Shown: positions 29,264 to 38,313 of the stretch, in pieces
Layout of the letters: each line of letters opens with the position of its first letter
Numbering within the stretch: position 1 is the first letter of the stretch
NCBI GenBank assembly: GCA_040219255.1
Contig: JAVJSW010000001.1
Location: 32,001 to 96,000, forward strand
Origin: Sumerlaeia bacterium
GTDB lineage: Bacteria > Sumerlaeota > Sumerlaeia > SLMS01 > JAHLLQ01
Reading direction: 5' to 3'
Length of the DNA: 64,000 bases
Program-made: the position numbers and the translations under genes
Notes under the pieces: generated by a model
What the model was told of the DNA's origin: nothing
The model's input: the letters and a program-made list of their open reading frames with translations, nothing else
Database searches by the model: none

Positions 29264-29335
29264 CCTCTTATCCGCACCCAAATCGACACCCGCGGCCTCC
29301 GCGCCGCTGCCGATCCCAACGGAGGACTCAACCAG

Positions 29336-29911
29336 ATGGCCACCAAGAAAAAAACCGACACCAAATCCGCCGCGGCCCCGACCAAGCCCCGCCGCGCCCA
29401 GACCGATATGGAAGAAAATCCGATCGGATTGCCGCAGGATTACTGCGAAGACATGGTGCCCGAGTTGGACAAGCTCCTCTCGACCGAATACACCCTACTG
29501 CACCAGTACCACAAGCATCACTGGCTGGTGAACGGCCCGCAGTTCCGCGATCTGCATCTCTTCTACCAGGAGGCCTACGAGGCGCTCTTCGCAAAGGTCG
29601 ACGACATCGCCGAACGCGTGACACACCTAGGCGGGTTCCCGACCTGCGAACCGGCCAACATGCAGAAGAAGTCGATCATCGACCACGAACCGGAAGGTCT
29701 CTTCTCGGTCCGCGACATGCTGGCTCGCGACAAGGCGGCGGAAATCACCGTCGCGCAGAATCTGCGCAAAATGATCGCCTTCGCCCGCGACCACCAGGAC
29801 TTTGGCACGGTCCGCCTGCTGGAGAAAGTTCTCCTCGGCGGCGAAGACCGCGCCCATCACATCGATCACTTCCTGGAGGAAGACTCGCTGGAAGAAGGCC
29901 GCGAGGACTGA
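29336..29911 (+). CDS. dps: Dps-family ferritin-like DNA-protection protein (DpsA-like)
   Basis: HKHHWLVNGPQFRDLH, DDIAER and AHHIDHFLEEDSL motifs; Lys-rich N-tail; GGAGG RBS. Confidence 0.93.
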   Translation: MATKKKTDTKSAAAPTKPRRAQTDMEENPIGLPQDYCEDMVPELDKLLSTEYTLLHQYHKHHWLVNGPQFRDLHLFYQEAYEALFAKVDDIAERVTHLGGFPTCEPANMQKKSIIDHEPEGLFSVRDMLARDKAAEITVAQNLRKMIAFARDHQDFGTVRLLEKVLLGGEDRAHHIDHFLEEDSLEEGRED

Positions 29912-29953
29912 CTCGCGGGGTTCGCCCCCCACAGGTTTCCCATAAAAATGGCG

Positions 29954-29985
29954 CGCCCGGTCAGATTGTCTGGCCGGGCGTTTTT
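29954..29985 (+). terminator. Intrinsic terminator after dps (possibly bidirectional)
   Basis: cgcccggtcaga-ttg-tctggccgggcg stem followed by TTTTT; an A-run precedes it; lies between convergent genes. Confidence 0.8.
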
Positions 29986-30006
29986 CTAGCCTCCGCCATC
30001 GCGCAC

Positions 30007-33000
30007 TCAGCCCCCGCCCCCACCGACTTGCGCCAGCAAGCCGGTCGCCTTGCGGTGCGCGCCGTCCAACGCCGCGATGATCGCCGACAGCTCATTGCGC
30101 GTCAGGCTGGCGCCCTCGCGGCTTTCCACCAGCAGAAGCGTATCCTCGCGCAGGGCGAAGCTGACCGGTAGAATCTCGGAGTTGAAATCGAGCAGCACCC
30201 GGTACAAATCCGGCCCGGCGGCGCCGTTCAGCGCCCCCACCTCCGCCTCCAGATAGAACCGCTCGCCCTCGATCCGTAGCCGCACCGGCAGGCCGCCGTC
30301 GCGTTCCAGCAGGTACTCGGTGCGAGAGACTTCGCGGACGATAAACCCACTGCCTTCAAGGAACCGGCGCAGCGAACCGGCCTGGTTGAATTCGCCTTCC
30401 TTGGGCGACCAGACGAATTTGTTCTCGCTCGGCGCTGGCGGCGTGGGAGCGGACGCCGGGGCGCGCTCGGGAATCACGGCCATGGCCAGGCTGGTCAGGA
30501 TCTCGTGCAATTGGGCCAGGCTCTCCGGCGGGAACGTCGCCCGCAGATCGCCGGAAATCGGCGCGGGCGCGGCGGCCTGCGGCGCTTCAGAGCGCGTGGA
30601 GGCCGCCTCGGCGAGCGCCGCCTTCAAATCCGCCAGTCCCGTCTGCAATCCCGCCAGGGCCTCCGGCGCGAATTCCGCCCGCACCGGCCGGTCCGATTCG
30701 GACTGCGCCTGGCGCATCGCGTCCAGGGCCAACTTCAATTCCGCCAGCGCTTCGCGCACCGGACCGAGGCTTTCGCCCTCGAGCGTCGCCCGCACCTCCT
30801 GCGGCCCCGTCGGGCGGCTTTGCTCGACCCGGTCCGCCAACTGCGTCAGGCCCCCCGCGATGCCCGCGTTCAGGCCGCCAACGCCCTCCGACAAATCGTT
30901 CAGCACGCCCATGATCTGGGTCATGCTGTCGGCTTGGCCGCCGCCGATGCCGCGGAACTTCTGGTTCCGGCGGAAGGTGTCGCAGATTTCCGCCCAGCGC
31001 TCGCGATCGCCCGGCTGTTCAAAGCCAAACGTCAGCTTGAAATTCAGCAGGTTCGCCTCGGCGCCGGTTGTGAGCGTCTGCGCCTCCTGATCGTAGTGCG
31101 AGAAAATCAGCGTCTTCAGCTCCGCATCGTTCATCACCGGCAGCACCTTCTCCGCCAGCTTGTTCATGTTGCGATAGGAGCCCTGGAGCTTGAACGGCGG
31201 CTGGGTGCGGAATTCGTCGGCTTGGGCGGCGCTCTCGATGTACATTTCGTTGATGCGCAGAATGACGTCGCGCACCGCCATCAGCTTCTTCAGCACGTCC
31301 ACGTATTCGCTGATTTCGGTCGCGCTGTGGTTCGCTTCGAAATCCACGCCTTCGCGCGAACCGGTCTCGGCGATGCGCAGAATACCGTGCAGATCCTTGT
31401 GGCTCTTGGCCGACAACCGCGCCAGCGAGGCGTTCGAGGTCATGGCGTTTTCGATGTAGGACAGTTCGAACGCCGCCCGCGTGTCGCCAATGATGTCGCC
31501 CAGATTATACGTGTCGGCGCGGTTGGCCAGCATGTCGGGAATCTGGAACTTTTCGCCGCTCTCGGTGTAGGGATTGCCGGCCATGATGACGCAGACTTTC
31601 CGCCCGCGCAGGTCATAGGTTTTCGTGCGGCCCTTGTACACGCCCTCGATCTTGCGCTGGGCGTCGCAGAGGCTGATGAATTTCTGCAAGAATTCCGGGT
31701 TACAGTGCTGAATATCGTCGAGATAGATCATCACGTTGTCGCCCATTTCGAGCGACAGGTTCAGCTTCTCCAACTCCTGACGCGCTGTGGCGTTGGGGGC
31801 CTCCACCGGGTCCAGGCTGGTGACGTGGTGGCCGATGGCTGGACCATTGATTTTCATGAAGATAATGCCGAGCCGGTTCGCGATGTACTCCATCAGCGTC
31901 GTCTTACCATAGCCCGGCGGCGAAATCAGCAGCAGCATGCCCATCCGATCGGTGCGAGTATTCGCACCCACCGTCCCCATTTGTTTCGCCAGGTTGTCGC
32001 CGATCAGCGGCAGATAAACCTGATCCAGCAGCTTGTTGCGCACGAAGCTGGACAAGATGCGGGGCTTGAATTCTTCGAGCCGCAGTTGCTCGCGGAAGCG
32101 CTCGGCGCTGCGTTTCTTCGCCTCCTGGAACGTGCGGAACATCGGCCCCACGGTGCGGTCGTAGTGGGCAAGGCGGCTCATGAATTCCGGATAGCTGAGC
32201 CCATAGCGGCCCTCCGCGATGCGGCTGTGCGAACCCAGCATGCCCTCTAATTCCCGCGTGATCGAAGCCGACAGCACGCGCCGCTTCTCGAACGACCCGG
32301 TGAAGCAAAGCACCGCCGCTTCATCCAGGTACGGCCGCAGCGTTTCGGCCTCCTTCGCCTTCTCCAGATACCCCGCCAGCCATGCCCGCACCAGCGCGAA
32401 AGTCCCCACCGGATCGGCCTCCGCACCGGCCAACGTTTCCTCGAAGGCTTTGGCGCCATTGGCCTTTTTCAGGTGTGCGGTGAAGCCCTCGAAGAGCTTG
32501 GCGGCCTCCGGCGCGATCACGAAATCTTCGCCTGCCGTCAGCTCGAAATACAGATACTCAGCGCCTTCGCGGGCGGCCTCGGCGGGAAAAAGGGCCGTCG
32601 TCTCGGCGAACGCCACGAGCTGTTCCTCGAGCGGCGCCAGGAACCGCCCGCGGTCCAGCCGGTGCGGCAGCACCCGCAGAATCGCCCGCACACCCCGGAG
32701 TTGCTGGGCGAGGCGCCCCTTCAGTTCCCCATCGCCAAAGCGCCGGAACCACATCTGCGCGCACGCCCGCGAAGCCGTCGGGTAGCGCAGCAGGCCAACC
32801 GCCTGATTCATCTGCGCCAGCGCCCGCACGATCTTCGCCGCGTCACCGTCGTGGACGCCCTTGACGTAGCCCTCGGCGTAGCGCGGGCTCGCGAACTTCT
32901 GCACCGCGTCCAGCAGCGCCGCGTCCTCCATCACCGCCAATTCGGCCACCGGCGGTTGCGCGCCCGATTCGCTGGCCTTCAGGAACTGATAAGCCAGATA

Positions 33001-35757
33001 TTCGGCGCGATAGACATTATTGTTTTCGGACACGATTTCCTGCGCCCAAACCGCCCGGGTCTCGTCCAATTCCGGATCGGACGCCATTTCATAGAAGTTC
33101 GTTCCGGTGATGTGGTAATAGATCTTGCCATCGCGAATGACCGTCGAAAGATCCAAAGGTTGCGTGTTGACGCTAAATTTCTGTTTTCCGAACTGGATGA
33201 CATCGCCACCGTCGGCGTACAATTCCAGTTTGTCCTTCAGTTGACGAAGGGCGTCTTCCTTGATGGTTTTCAACCGGCTTTGAATTTCGTCGGATTTGAC
33301 CGAGTCGCCCAGGTCCCGCAGTTTCTCGATCGTGTCGCGCACTTTATCAATCATCAAATCGGTGGCGAAGTAACTGTTGATTTCGTCCACCGACTTCATG
33401 CCGCGAGCGCGATTTTCGACGCCCTTCAGGATGCGGTCCGCCGCCCCCTGGAGCGTGACCGCCCGCTTCTGGCGGGCTTCCATCAGCGACGTCTTCTTGC
33501 TCTCGAACGCCTGATAAATCTCTTCCCGCTTGGTGGAAAGCTCCGTCACGAATTCATCGTAATCGGCAAACTTGCCTTCCAGCTCCTCGACCTGGACGAG
33601 TAACTTCGTCAGGTACTCGTCGCACTTCTCCGGTGTGTCGCAAAGGTCCATGAAGTTCACGACGCTCTGGCTGACGAGCTTGATTTGCGATCCGAACTCC
33701 GCGACCGCTTCCGCGCTGCCCAATTCCTTTTTCTTGTTTGTCAAGGCGGCGCGGACCTGATTGACCTTCTGGAAAATCGCGGAAATCGCATCGATGATTT
33801 GGGTCGTCTTCGTCGAATCGTCGATTTTCAAATTCCCGACGATTTCGATCAACAATTCGAGCTGCCCGCTGATTTCGTGAATCGCCTCTTCATGCTCGCG
33901 AGCTTCCGTGACTTTCGTCAATTTCGGAATCGCCGCCTTCTCCTCCGCGACTTTCTCTTCGTAGATATCGAGGGCGTTTGGCTGGAGCAAGAACTCCACC
34001 GTTTTCTCTGAGACCCCGTCGCTCTGCTCGGCGACCTGCTTCTCCAGCGCTTCCACGTGCGGCAAATCCACATAGCGGAGGTCCTTGAGCGAAATCACCT
34101 CGCCGCGCAGCAAACGCAATTCATTCAGCCCCGCCACATAGCCATCCACCGCGGGCCATTGCCGGCCGCGCAGGCTCCCAAGAATCTCTTCCGCTTTCTT
34201 TGTCGTTTCGCGGACTTTCGTTTCCGTCTGCTTGCGAAGCGCCGTGACTTTTTCGAACTCGTCGATGGCCGTGCCGGCGCTCCTGCGGATTTGCTCCAGC
34301 ACTTCCTTTAAATTGAAGAGCTCGCCCTCGCCCACCCAAAAATACGAGTCCGTGATATCCGTGGTGTTCTTCACCAAGTCCAGATACAGACTCTCGTAAG
34401 GCGTTTCGCGGCGGCACAGCTTGATGACTTCCCAGCATTCCGCCATCGCTCGCACAACTTCTTTGTTTCCAATTTTGTAGAGGCGCGAATCGCCCTTTTG
34501 AGGAAGCTCGAAATTCGGCCCCACATACGGGGTCTGCCACACCTGCACGGGATGGTGCTTTTGCGGCTCGATCTGATCGCCGAAGTACACCATTTCTCCG
34601 TTTTCGAAAATCGAATAACCCTGGCCGACAATCGGTGTCGCGACCCGCTGCTCGATCATGTTGTACGACAACAGAATATACACGCCGCTCGCCCTGTTGT
34701 GAAACACGAACAGGTGATCTTCGCCGTTGGCCGATGGCACCCGCCGCTCGAACAGCATTTCCTTCAGACCATGCTCGAACTGCTTGTGCTCGCCATTGAC
34801 CAGGTAATAACCACTGCTAAAGATAATTCCGTGATCGTCCGGCAGAAGAACGCAAGAATGCTGGATCGCATCCACGCGCCGCGCTTCCTTGATCTTGTCG
34901 TTATAGATGATATACCGATGATCTTTCTCCTGGTAAGGCTTGATCTTCAGCAATATCAGCGGCCCCACCACGGCGTAGGAAATCTCGGCGTCGTCCAGCA
35001 CCTGGTCGGCGTTTTCCACCGGTTCCCGATAAATACCCTCACCCGACTCCGTATTGTCTTCCACCTTGATGGTCAAATCCCCGCCAACGGTTTCCACGAA
35101 AACTCGGTCTTCGATGGAAATGTGCGGGTGTTTCCCTTCGCGGTGCAGGTCGCGGTGCGTACGCTTCCAGGTGAACTCGTGCTGCGGCGGGTACTTGAAC
35201 TCGTGATCGCTGCGGTTGTCCAGGTACGTCAACCCGTCCCCCTGAATCGCCCACTTGAAGGTCTTGATGTCCGTCGGCCGCTTGCCCACCTGGAAAACCA
35301 TGAACAGGTGCGGCCCGATAATGGCGAATCGCGAGAACGTCGTTTCCTTGTAATACTTGTAGAGGTTGTTGAAATCCTCCTCGAACCGCTTGTCATCGAT
35401 CAGGCTCAAATCCGCCGTGTGAAACTGGCGCTCCCGGTATTCGTAAACGGCGAAAACGTCCTTGAGCTCCGTCGTGCTCTTCAGACCGAAATGGACATTG
35501 TAGCCAAAGATAAACCGGGTTCCCACCGGCACCATATCGCGGGCGATGCAGTTATGCTCCGTCGTGATCCGCGCCCGGTCCAGGACCTGCAAATCGATCG
35601 AGCCAAAGGTGTCCTTCCGCACCGCGTTCAGCTTGTTGACGCGGTCCTGCAAATCCTTCGCCTGCGCCGCGAGACGATTGCGGATGATCTCGTAGGTGCC
35701 GCCTTCGAGCTGTGCTTGATCCTGTTGCGCCTGCGATTCTTTTTCAACGTCCGCCAT
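30007..35757 (-). CDS. Giant AAA+ ATPase (DUF3686 / so-called 'DNA repair ATPase' family) with C-terminal repeats and a YjfI/CesT-like domain
   Basis: GGTYEIIRNRL N-terminus, long helical middle, Walker A SPPGYGKT, Walker B MIYLDDIQH, AGNPYTESG and LANRAD. 1916 aa. Confidence 0.9.
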   Translation of the reverse strand: MADVEKESQAQQDQAQLEGGTYEIIRNRLAAQAKDLQDRVNKLNAVRKDTFGSIDLQVLDRARITTEHNCIARDMVPVGTRFIFGYNVHFGLKSTTELKDVFAVYEYRERQFHTADLSLIDDKRFEEDFNNLYKYYKETTFSRFAIIGPHLFMVFQVGKRPTDIKTFKWAIQGDGLTYLDNRSDHEFKYPPQHEFTWKRTHRDLHREGKHPHISIEDRVFVETVGGDLTIKVEDNTESGEGIYREPVENADQVLDDAEISYAVVGPLILLKIKPYQEKDHRYIIYNDKIKEARRVDAIQHSCVLLPDDHGIIFSSGYYLVNGEHKQFEHGLKEMLFERRVPSANGEDHLFVFHNRASGVYILLSYNMIEQRVATPIVGQGYSIFENGEMVYFGDQIEPQKHHPVQVWQTPYVGPNFELPQKGDSRLYKIGNKEVVRAMAECWEVIKLCRRETPYESLYLDLVKNTTDITDSYFWVGEGELFNLKEVLEQIRRSAGTAIDEFEKVTALRKQTETKVRETTKKAEEILGSLRGRQWPAVDGYVAGLNELRLLRGEVISLKDLRYVDLPHVEALEKQVAEQSDGVSEKTVEFLLQPNALDIYEEKVAEEKAAIPKLTKVTEAREHEEAIHEISGQLELLIEIVGNLKIDDSTKTTQIIDAISAIFQKVNQVRAALTNKKKELGSAEAVAEFGSQIKLVSQSVVNFMDLCDTPEKCDEYLTKLLVQVEELEGKFADYDEFVTELSTKREEIYQAFESKKTSLMEARQKRAVTLQGAADRILKGVENRARGMKSVDEINSYFATDLMIDKVRDTIEKLRDLGDSVKSDEIQSRLKTIKEDALRQLKDKLELYADGGDVIQFGKQKFSVNTQPLDLSTVIRDGKIYYHITGTNFYEMASDPELDETRAVWAQEIVSENNNVYRAEYLAYQFLKASESGAQPPVAELAVMEDAALLDAVQKFASPRYAEGYVKGVHDGDAAKIVRALAQMNQAVGLLRYPTASRACAQMWFRRFGDGELKGRLAQQLRGVRAILRVLPHRLDRGRFLAPLEEQLVAFAETTALFPAEAAREGAEYLYFELTAGEDFVIAPEAAKLFEGFTAHLKKANGAKAFEETLAGAEADPVGTFALVRAWLAGYLEKAKEAETLRPYLDEAAVLCFTGSFEKRRVLSASITRELEGMLGSHSRIAEGRYGLSYPEFMSRLAHYDRTVGPMFRTFQEAKKRSAERFREQLRLEEFKPRILSSFVRNKLLDQVYLPLIGDNLAKQMGTVGANTRTDRMGMLLLISPPGYGKTTLMEYIANRLGIIFMKINGPAIGHHVTSLDPVEAPNATARQELEKLNLSLEMGDNVMIYLDDIQHCNPEFLQKFISLCDAQRKIEGVYKGRTKTYDLRGRKVCVIMAGNPYTESGEKFQIPDMLANRADTYNLGDIIGDTRAAFELSYIENAMTSNASLARLSAKSHKDLHGILRIAETGSREGVDFEANHSATEISEYVDVLKKLMAVRDVILRINEMYIESAAQADEFRTQPPFKLQGSYRNMNKLAEKVLPVMNDAELKTLIFSHYDQEAQTLTTGAEANLLNFKLTFGFEQPGDRERWAEICDTFRRNQKFRGIGGGQADSMTQIMGVLNDLSEGVGGLNAGIAGGLTQLADRVEQSRPTGPQEVRATLEGESLGPVREALAELKLALDAMRQAQSESDRPVRAEFAPEALAGLQTGLADLKAALAEAASTRSEAPQAAAPAPISGDLRATFPPESLAQLHEILTSLAMAVIPERAPASAPTPPAPSENKFVWSPKEGEFNQAGSLRRFLEGSGFIVREVSRTEYLLERDGGLPVRLRIEGERFYLEAEVGALNGAAGPDLYRVLLDFNSEILPVSFALREDTLLLVESREGASLTRNELSAIIAALDGAHRKATGLLAQVGGGGG

Positions 35758-36149
35758 GGTTGTCTCTCTTTCCCCATTCTGGCCTCGGTGGCCAATTCGT
35801 CATTTTTTTTGGCGAGATAAAGATTGTGTAAGGACAAGGCCGCTGTGGTTTCTTTCCACATAATGATCCAGCGCGAGTAGCAAATTCTCTCGCTTGCCAG
35901 ATAGAGGTACAAAAGCAATCCGGCTATAGTCCCCATCATATGGTATTCTGGATAAACAAGTACCCAAAGAAATCCAACTGTCACTGCGATAGGAACCACA
36001 AAAGCCCATTTGTAACGCTTCCAGTTCTTCCGCGTTTGAAAACAGCTCTTGATAAAAGGAATCTGCTCCTCGGTGACACCTAGCCTGGGATTCACAACCA
36101 ATGCGAGTTCCTGACTGCTTGGTTCTTCGAGTGTGCTGTTGGGTGTCAC
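35628..36149 (-). CDS. AT-rich small 2-TM hypothetical protein inserted in the flotillin operon
   Basis: Two hydrophobic helices, GTG start with AGGAA upstream, about 42-45% GC in two hand-counted 60-mers. 3' end uncertain (A8 tract, 130-nt overlap with the ATPase gene). Confidence 0.6.
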   Translation of the reverse strand: MTPNSTLEEPSSQELALVVNPRLGVTEEQIPFIKSCFQTRKNWKRYKWAFVVPIAVTVGFLWVLVYPEYHMMGTIAGLLLYLYLASERICYSRWIIMWKETTAALSLHNLYLAKKNDELATEARMGKERQPWRTLKKNRRRNRIKHSSKAAPTRSSAIVSRRRRRICRTASTS

Positions 36150-36192
36150 CGAGTACGATTTCCTTTCGGGTCCGGCTGGGCGGTTTGGGGGA

Positions 36193-38307
36193 TTACCCCT
36201 TCTTCACCAGCCCCGGCTCGCCCAGCAACTGGGCCGCCGGTTTGTCGCTCAGGCCCGCCTGCTTCGCGCCGTCCAGCAGCCCTTGCAGCATCGCCTTCGT
36301 TTCCTTCTCCTTCGTCATGCCGATCAGGCGCAGCAGCAGCGCCGACGTCGTCAGGTTCTTCAGATCCGCCGTCGTCACGCCGAAGGTATCGACCAGCTCC
36401 TTGACCTTCACGCGCAGGGCTTCGCCCGCGTCGCTGGTGCCGTTGCCGTTGGGGATGAAAGCATCCCGCAGGCCCGACGCCACGTCGCTGTTCTGCACGA
36501 ACCGGTCGACCGACTTGCCGTAGGAAATCGAGTTCACGATACGATCGAAGAACATCGAGTCGCCGCCGACGATGTCGATCTTGGCGCTCTTCAGGCCTTC
36601 GCGGATCACGCTGGCCTGGGCTTCGGCGATGTCGCGCTGGATCGTGATCTGGGCCAACTCGATTTCCTTGTCCTTGGCCAGGCGCAGCTTGAACTCCTCG
36701 TGCTCGCGGCCCACCGCGTCCAGCTTCTTCATCGCTTCGGCCTTTTGCGTGATGCCTTCCGCTTCCGCGTTCATCTTCTGGCGCATGACTTCCGCTTCCG
36801 CTTCGCCCTGCTTCTGGGTCGCTTCGGCTTTGGCGGCCAAGCCCATCGCTTCCGCTTCCGCCTTCTTCTGGATGACTTCCGCCTGGGCCGCGCCTTCCTT
36901 GGCCAGGGCCGACGCGCGGGCCTCCATCACGCGGACTTCCGACATGCCGTGCACGGCCTCTTCCTCGGCTTTCGCGGCGGCCAGGGTCTTCATCGCTTCG
37001 GCGCGTTGATCGGCGGCCAGCTTGTCCGCCTCCGCTTCCACCTGCACCTGCTTGGCGCGGTGGTCGGCGGCCTGGCGTTCGGCCTCGGCGGCTCTCACCC
37101 GCTTGATCATTTCCTCCTCGGCTTTGCGCTGCGCCTCCACCAGGGCCACATGCTTCTCGCGCTCGGCGCCGGCGTGGGCCTGCGTGTCCTTGATGCGCTC
37201 TTGCTCCTCGACCACCTGGCGCTCCACGACAACCCGTTCGCGGATGACGTCCTGGATGTTCTTGCGCTGCTCTTCGACGCTCTTCTCTTTTTCGATCTGC
37301 GCCAAGGTCACGATGCGTTCGCGCTCGTTTTGCTCCAACTGGCGAGCCTGCTCCACCCGTTCGCCTTCCACAGCGTCGGTGCGTTCCTTCGCCCGCCGGG
37401 CCACGATGACCTGGCGTTCGCGGTTTTGCTCCGCCACTTCCAGCTCTTCCGCCGTCGCGATGCGCGCCTGCTCGGACTTCTGCCATTCCTGAGCCTTCAC
37501 GATGGCCGCTTCCGCTTCCTCGCGGCTTGTCAGGGCGGCGATCTCCTTCTTCTGCCGCTGCTCCGCTTCCGTGCGCTGCCGGTCCAGCTCCAGGATCGCC
37601 TCGCGCGCTTCCACGTCCTGCTGCTTGATCGTCTTCTCTTTATCGCGCTCGATCTTGTTCGCCAGCATCTGCTGCTTCGATGTCAGATCGGTGATCTTCT
37701 TGATACCCTCGGCGTCCAGGATGTTGTCCGGGTTCAACGTCTCCTTGGGCGTCTGCTCCAGGTAATCGATCGCCGCGTCGTCCAGGATGTAACCGTTCAG
37801 GTCCGTGCCGATGATCTGCAGGATCTCGTTCTTGAACTTCTCGCGGCTCGAGTACAACTCGGTGAAGTCAAAGCCCTTACCGACCGTCTTCAGCGCCTCC
37901 GAGAACTTCGCGTCGAAGAACTCCACCAGCGCCGCCGGGTCGCTCGCCCGCTCGCAGCCAATGCTTTGCGCCACTTTCAAAACGTCCTGCTCCGTCTTGT
38001 TCACGCGGACAAAGAAGGCCACCTTGATATCGGCGCGCATGTTGTCCTTACAAACCAGGCCATCCTTGCCCGTGCGCCAGATTTCGATGCGCTTGACCGA
38101 GACGTCGATTTCTTCCAGGCGGTTGAACACTGGGTAATAGAAGCTCGCCGAGAAGACGACTTTCGATCCGCTGCGGCTGGTGATGATCAGGGCTTTGCCT
38201 TGTTTCGCTTTGACCAGGAAGAATCGGGCCGCGGCCACATAGCCGACAATCAGTATCAGGCCGACAAGAAAGGCGATACCGAGAATGAGATAAACGAGGT
38301 CCATCAT
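36193..38307 (-). CDS. Flotillin/SPFH-domain protein (YqiK-like)
   Basis: N-terminal TM, GLVCKDNMRADIKVAFFVRVN SPFH domain, long AEA-rich coiled coil, IDIVGGD tail. Confidence 0.92.
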   Translation of the reverse strand: MMDLVYLILGIAFLVGLILIVGYVAAARFFLVKAKQGKALIITSRSGSKVVFSASFYYPVFNRLEEIDVSVKRIEIWRTGKDGLVCKDNMRADIKVAFFVRVNKTEQDVLKVAQSIGCERASDPAALVEFFDAKFSEALKTVGKGFDFTELYSSREKFKNEILQIIGTDLNGYILDDAAIDYLEQTPKETLNPDNILDAEGIKKITDLTSKQQMLANKIERDKEKTIKQQDVEAREAILELDRQRTEAEQRQKKEIAALTSREEAEAAIVKAQEWQKSEQARIATAEELEVAEQNRERQVIVARRAKERTDAVEGERVEQARQLEQNERERIVTLAQIEKEKSVEEQRKNIQDVIRERVVVERQVVEEQERIKDTQAHAGAEREKHVALVEAQRKAEEEMIKRVRAAEAERQAADHRAKQVQVEAEADKLAADQRAEAMKTLAAAKAEEEAVHGMSEVRVMEARASALAKEGAAQAEVIQKKAEAEAMGLAAKAEATQKQGEAEAEVMRQKMNAEAEGITQKAEAMKKLDAVGREHEEFKLRLAKDKEIELAQITIQRDIAEAQASVIREGLKSAKIDIVGGDSMFFDRIVNSISYGKSVDRFVQNSDVASGLRDAFIPNGNGTSDAGEALRVKVKELVDTFGVTTADLKNLTTSALLLRLIGMTKEKETKAMLQGLLDGAKQAGLSDKPAAQLLGEPGLVKKG

Positions 38308-38313
38308 GGGACG

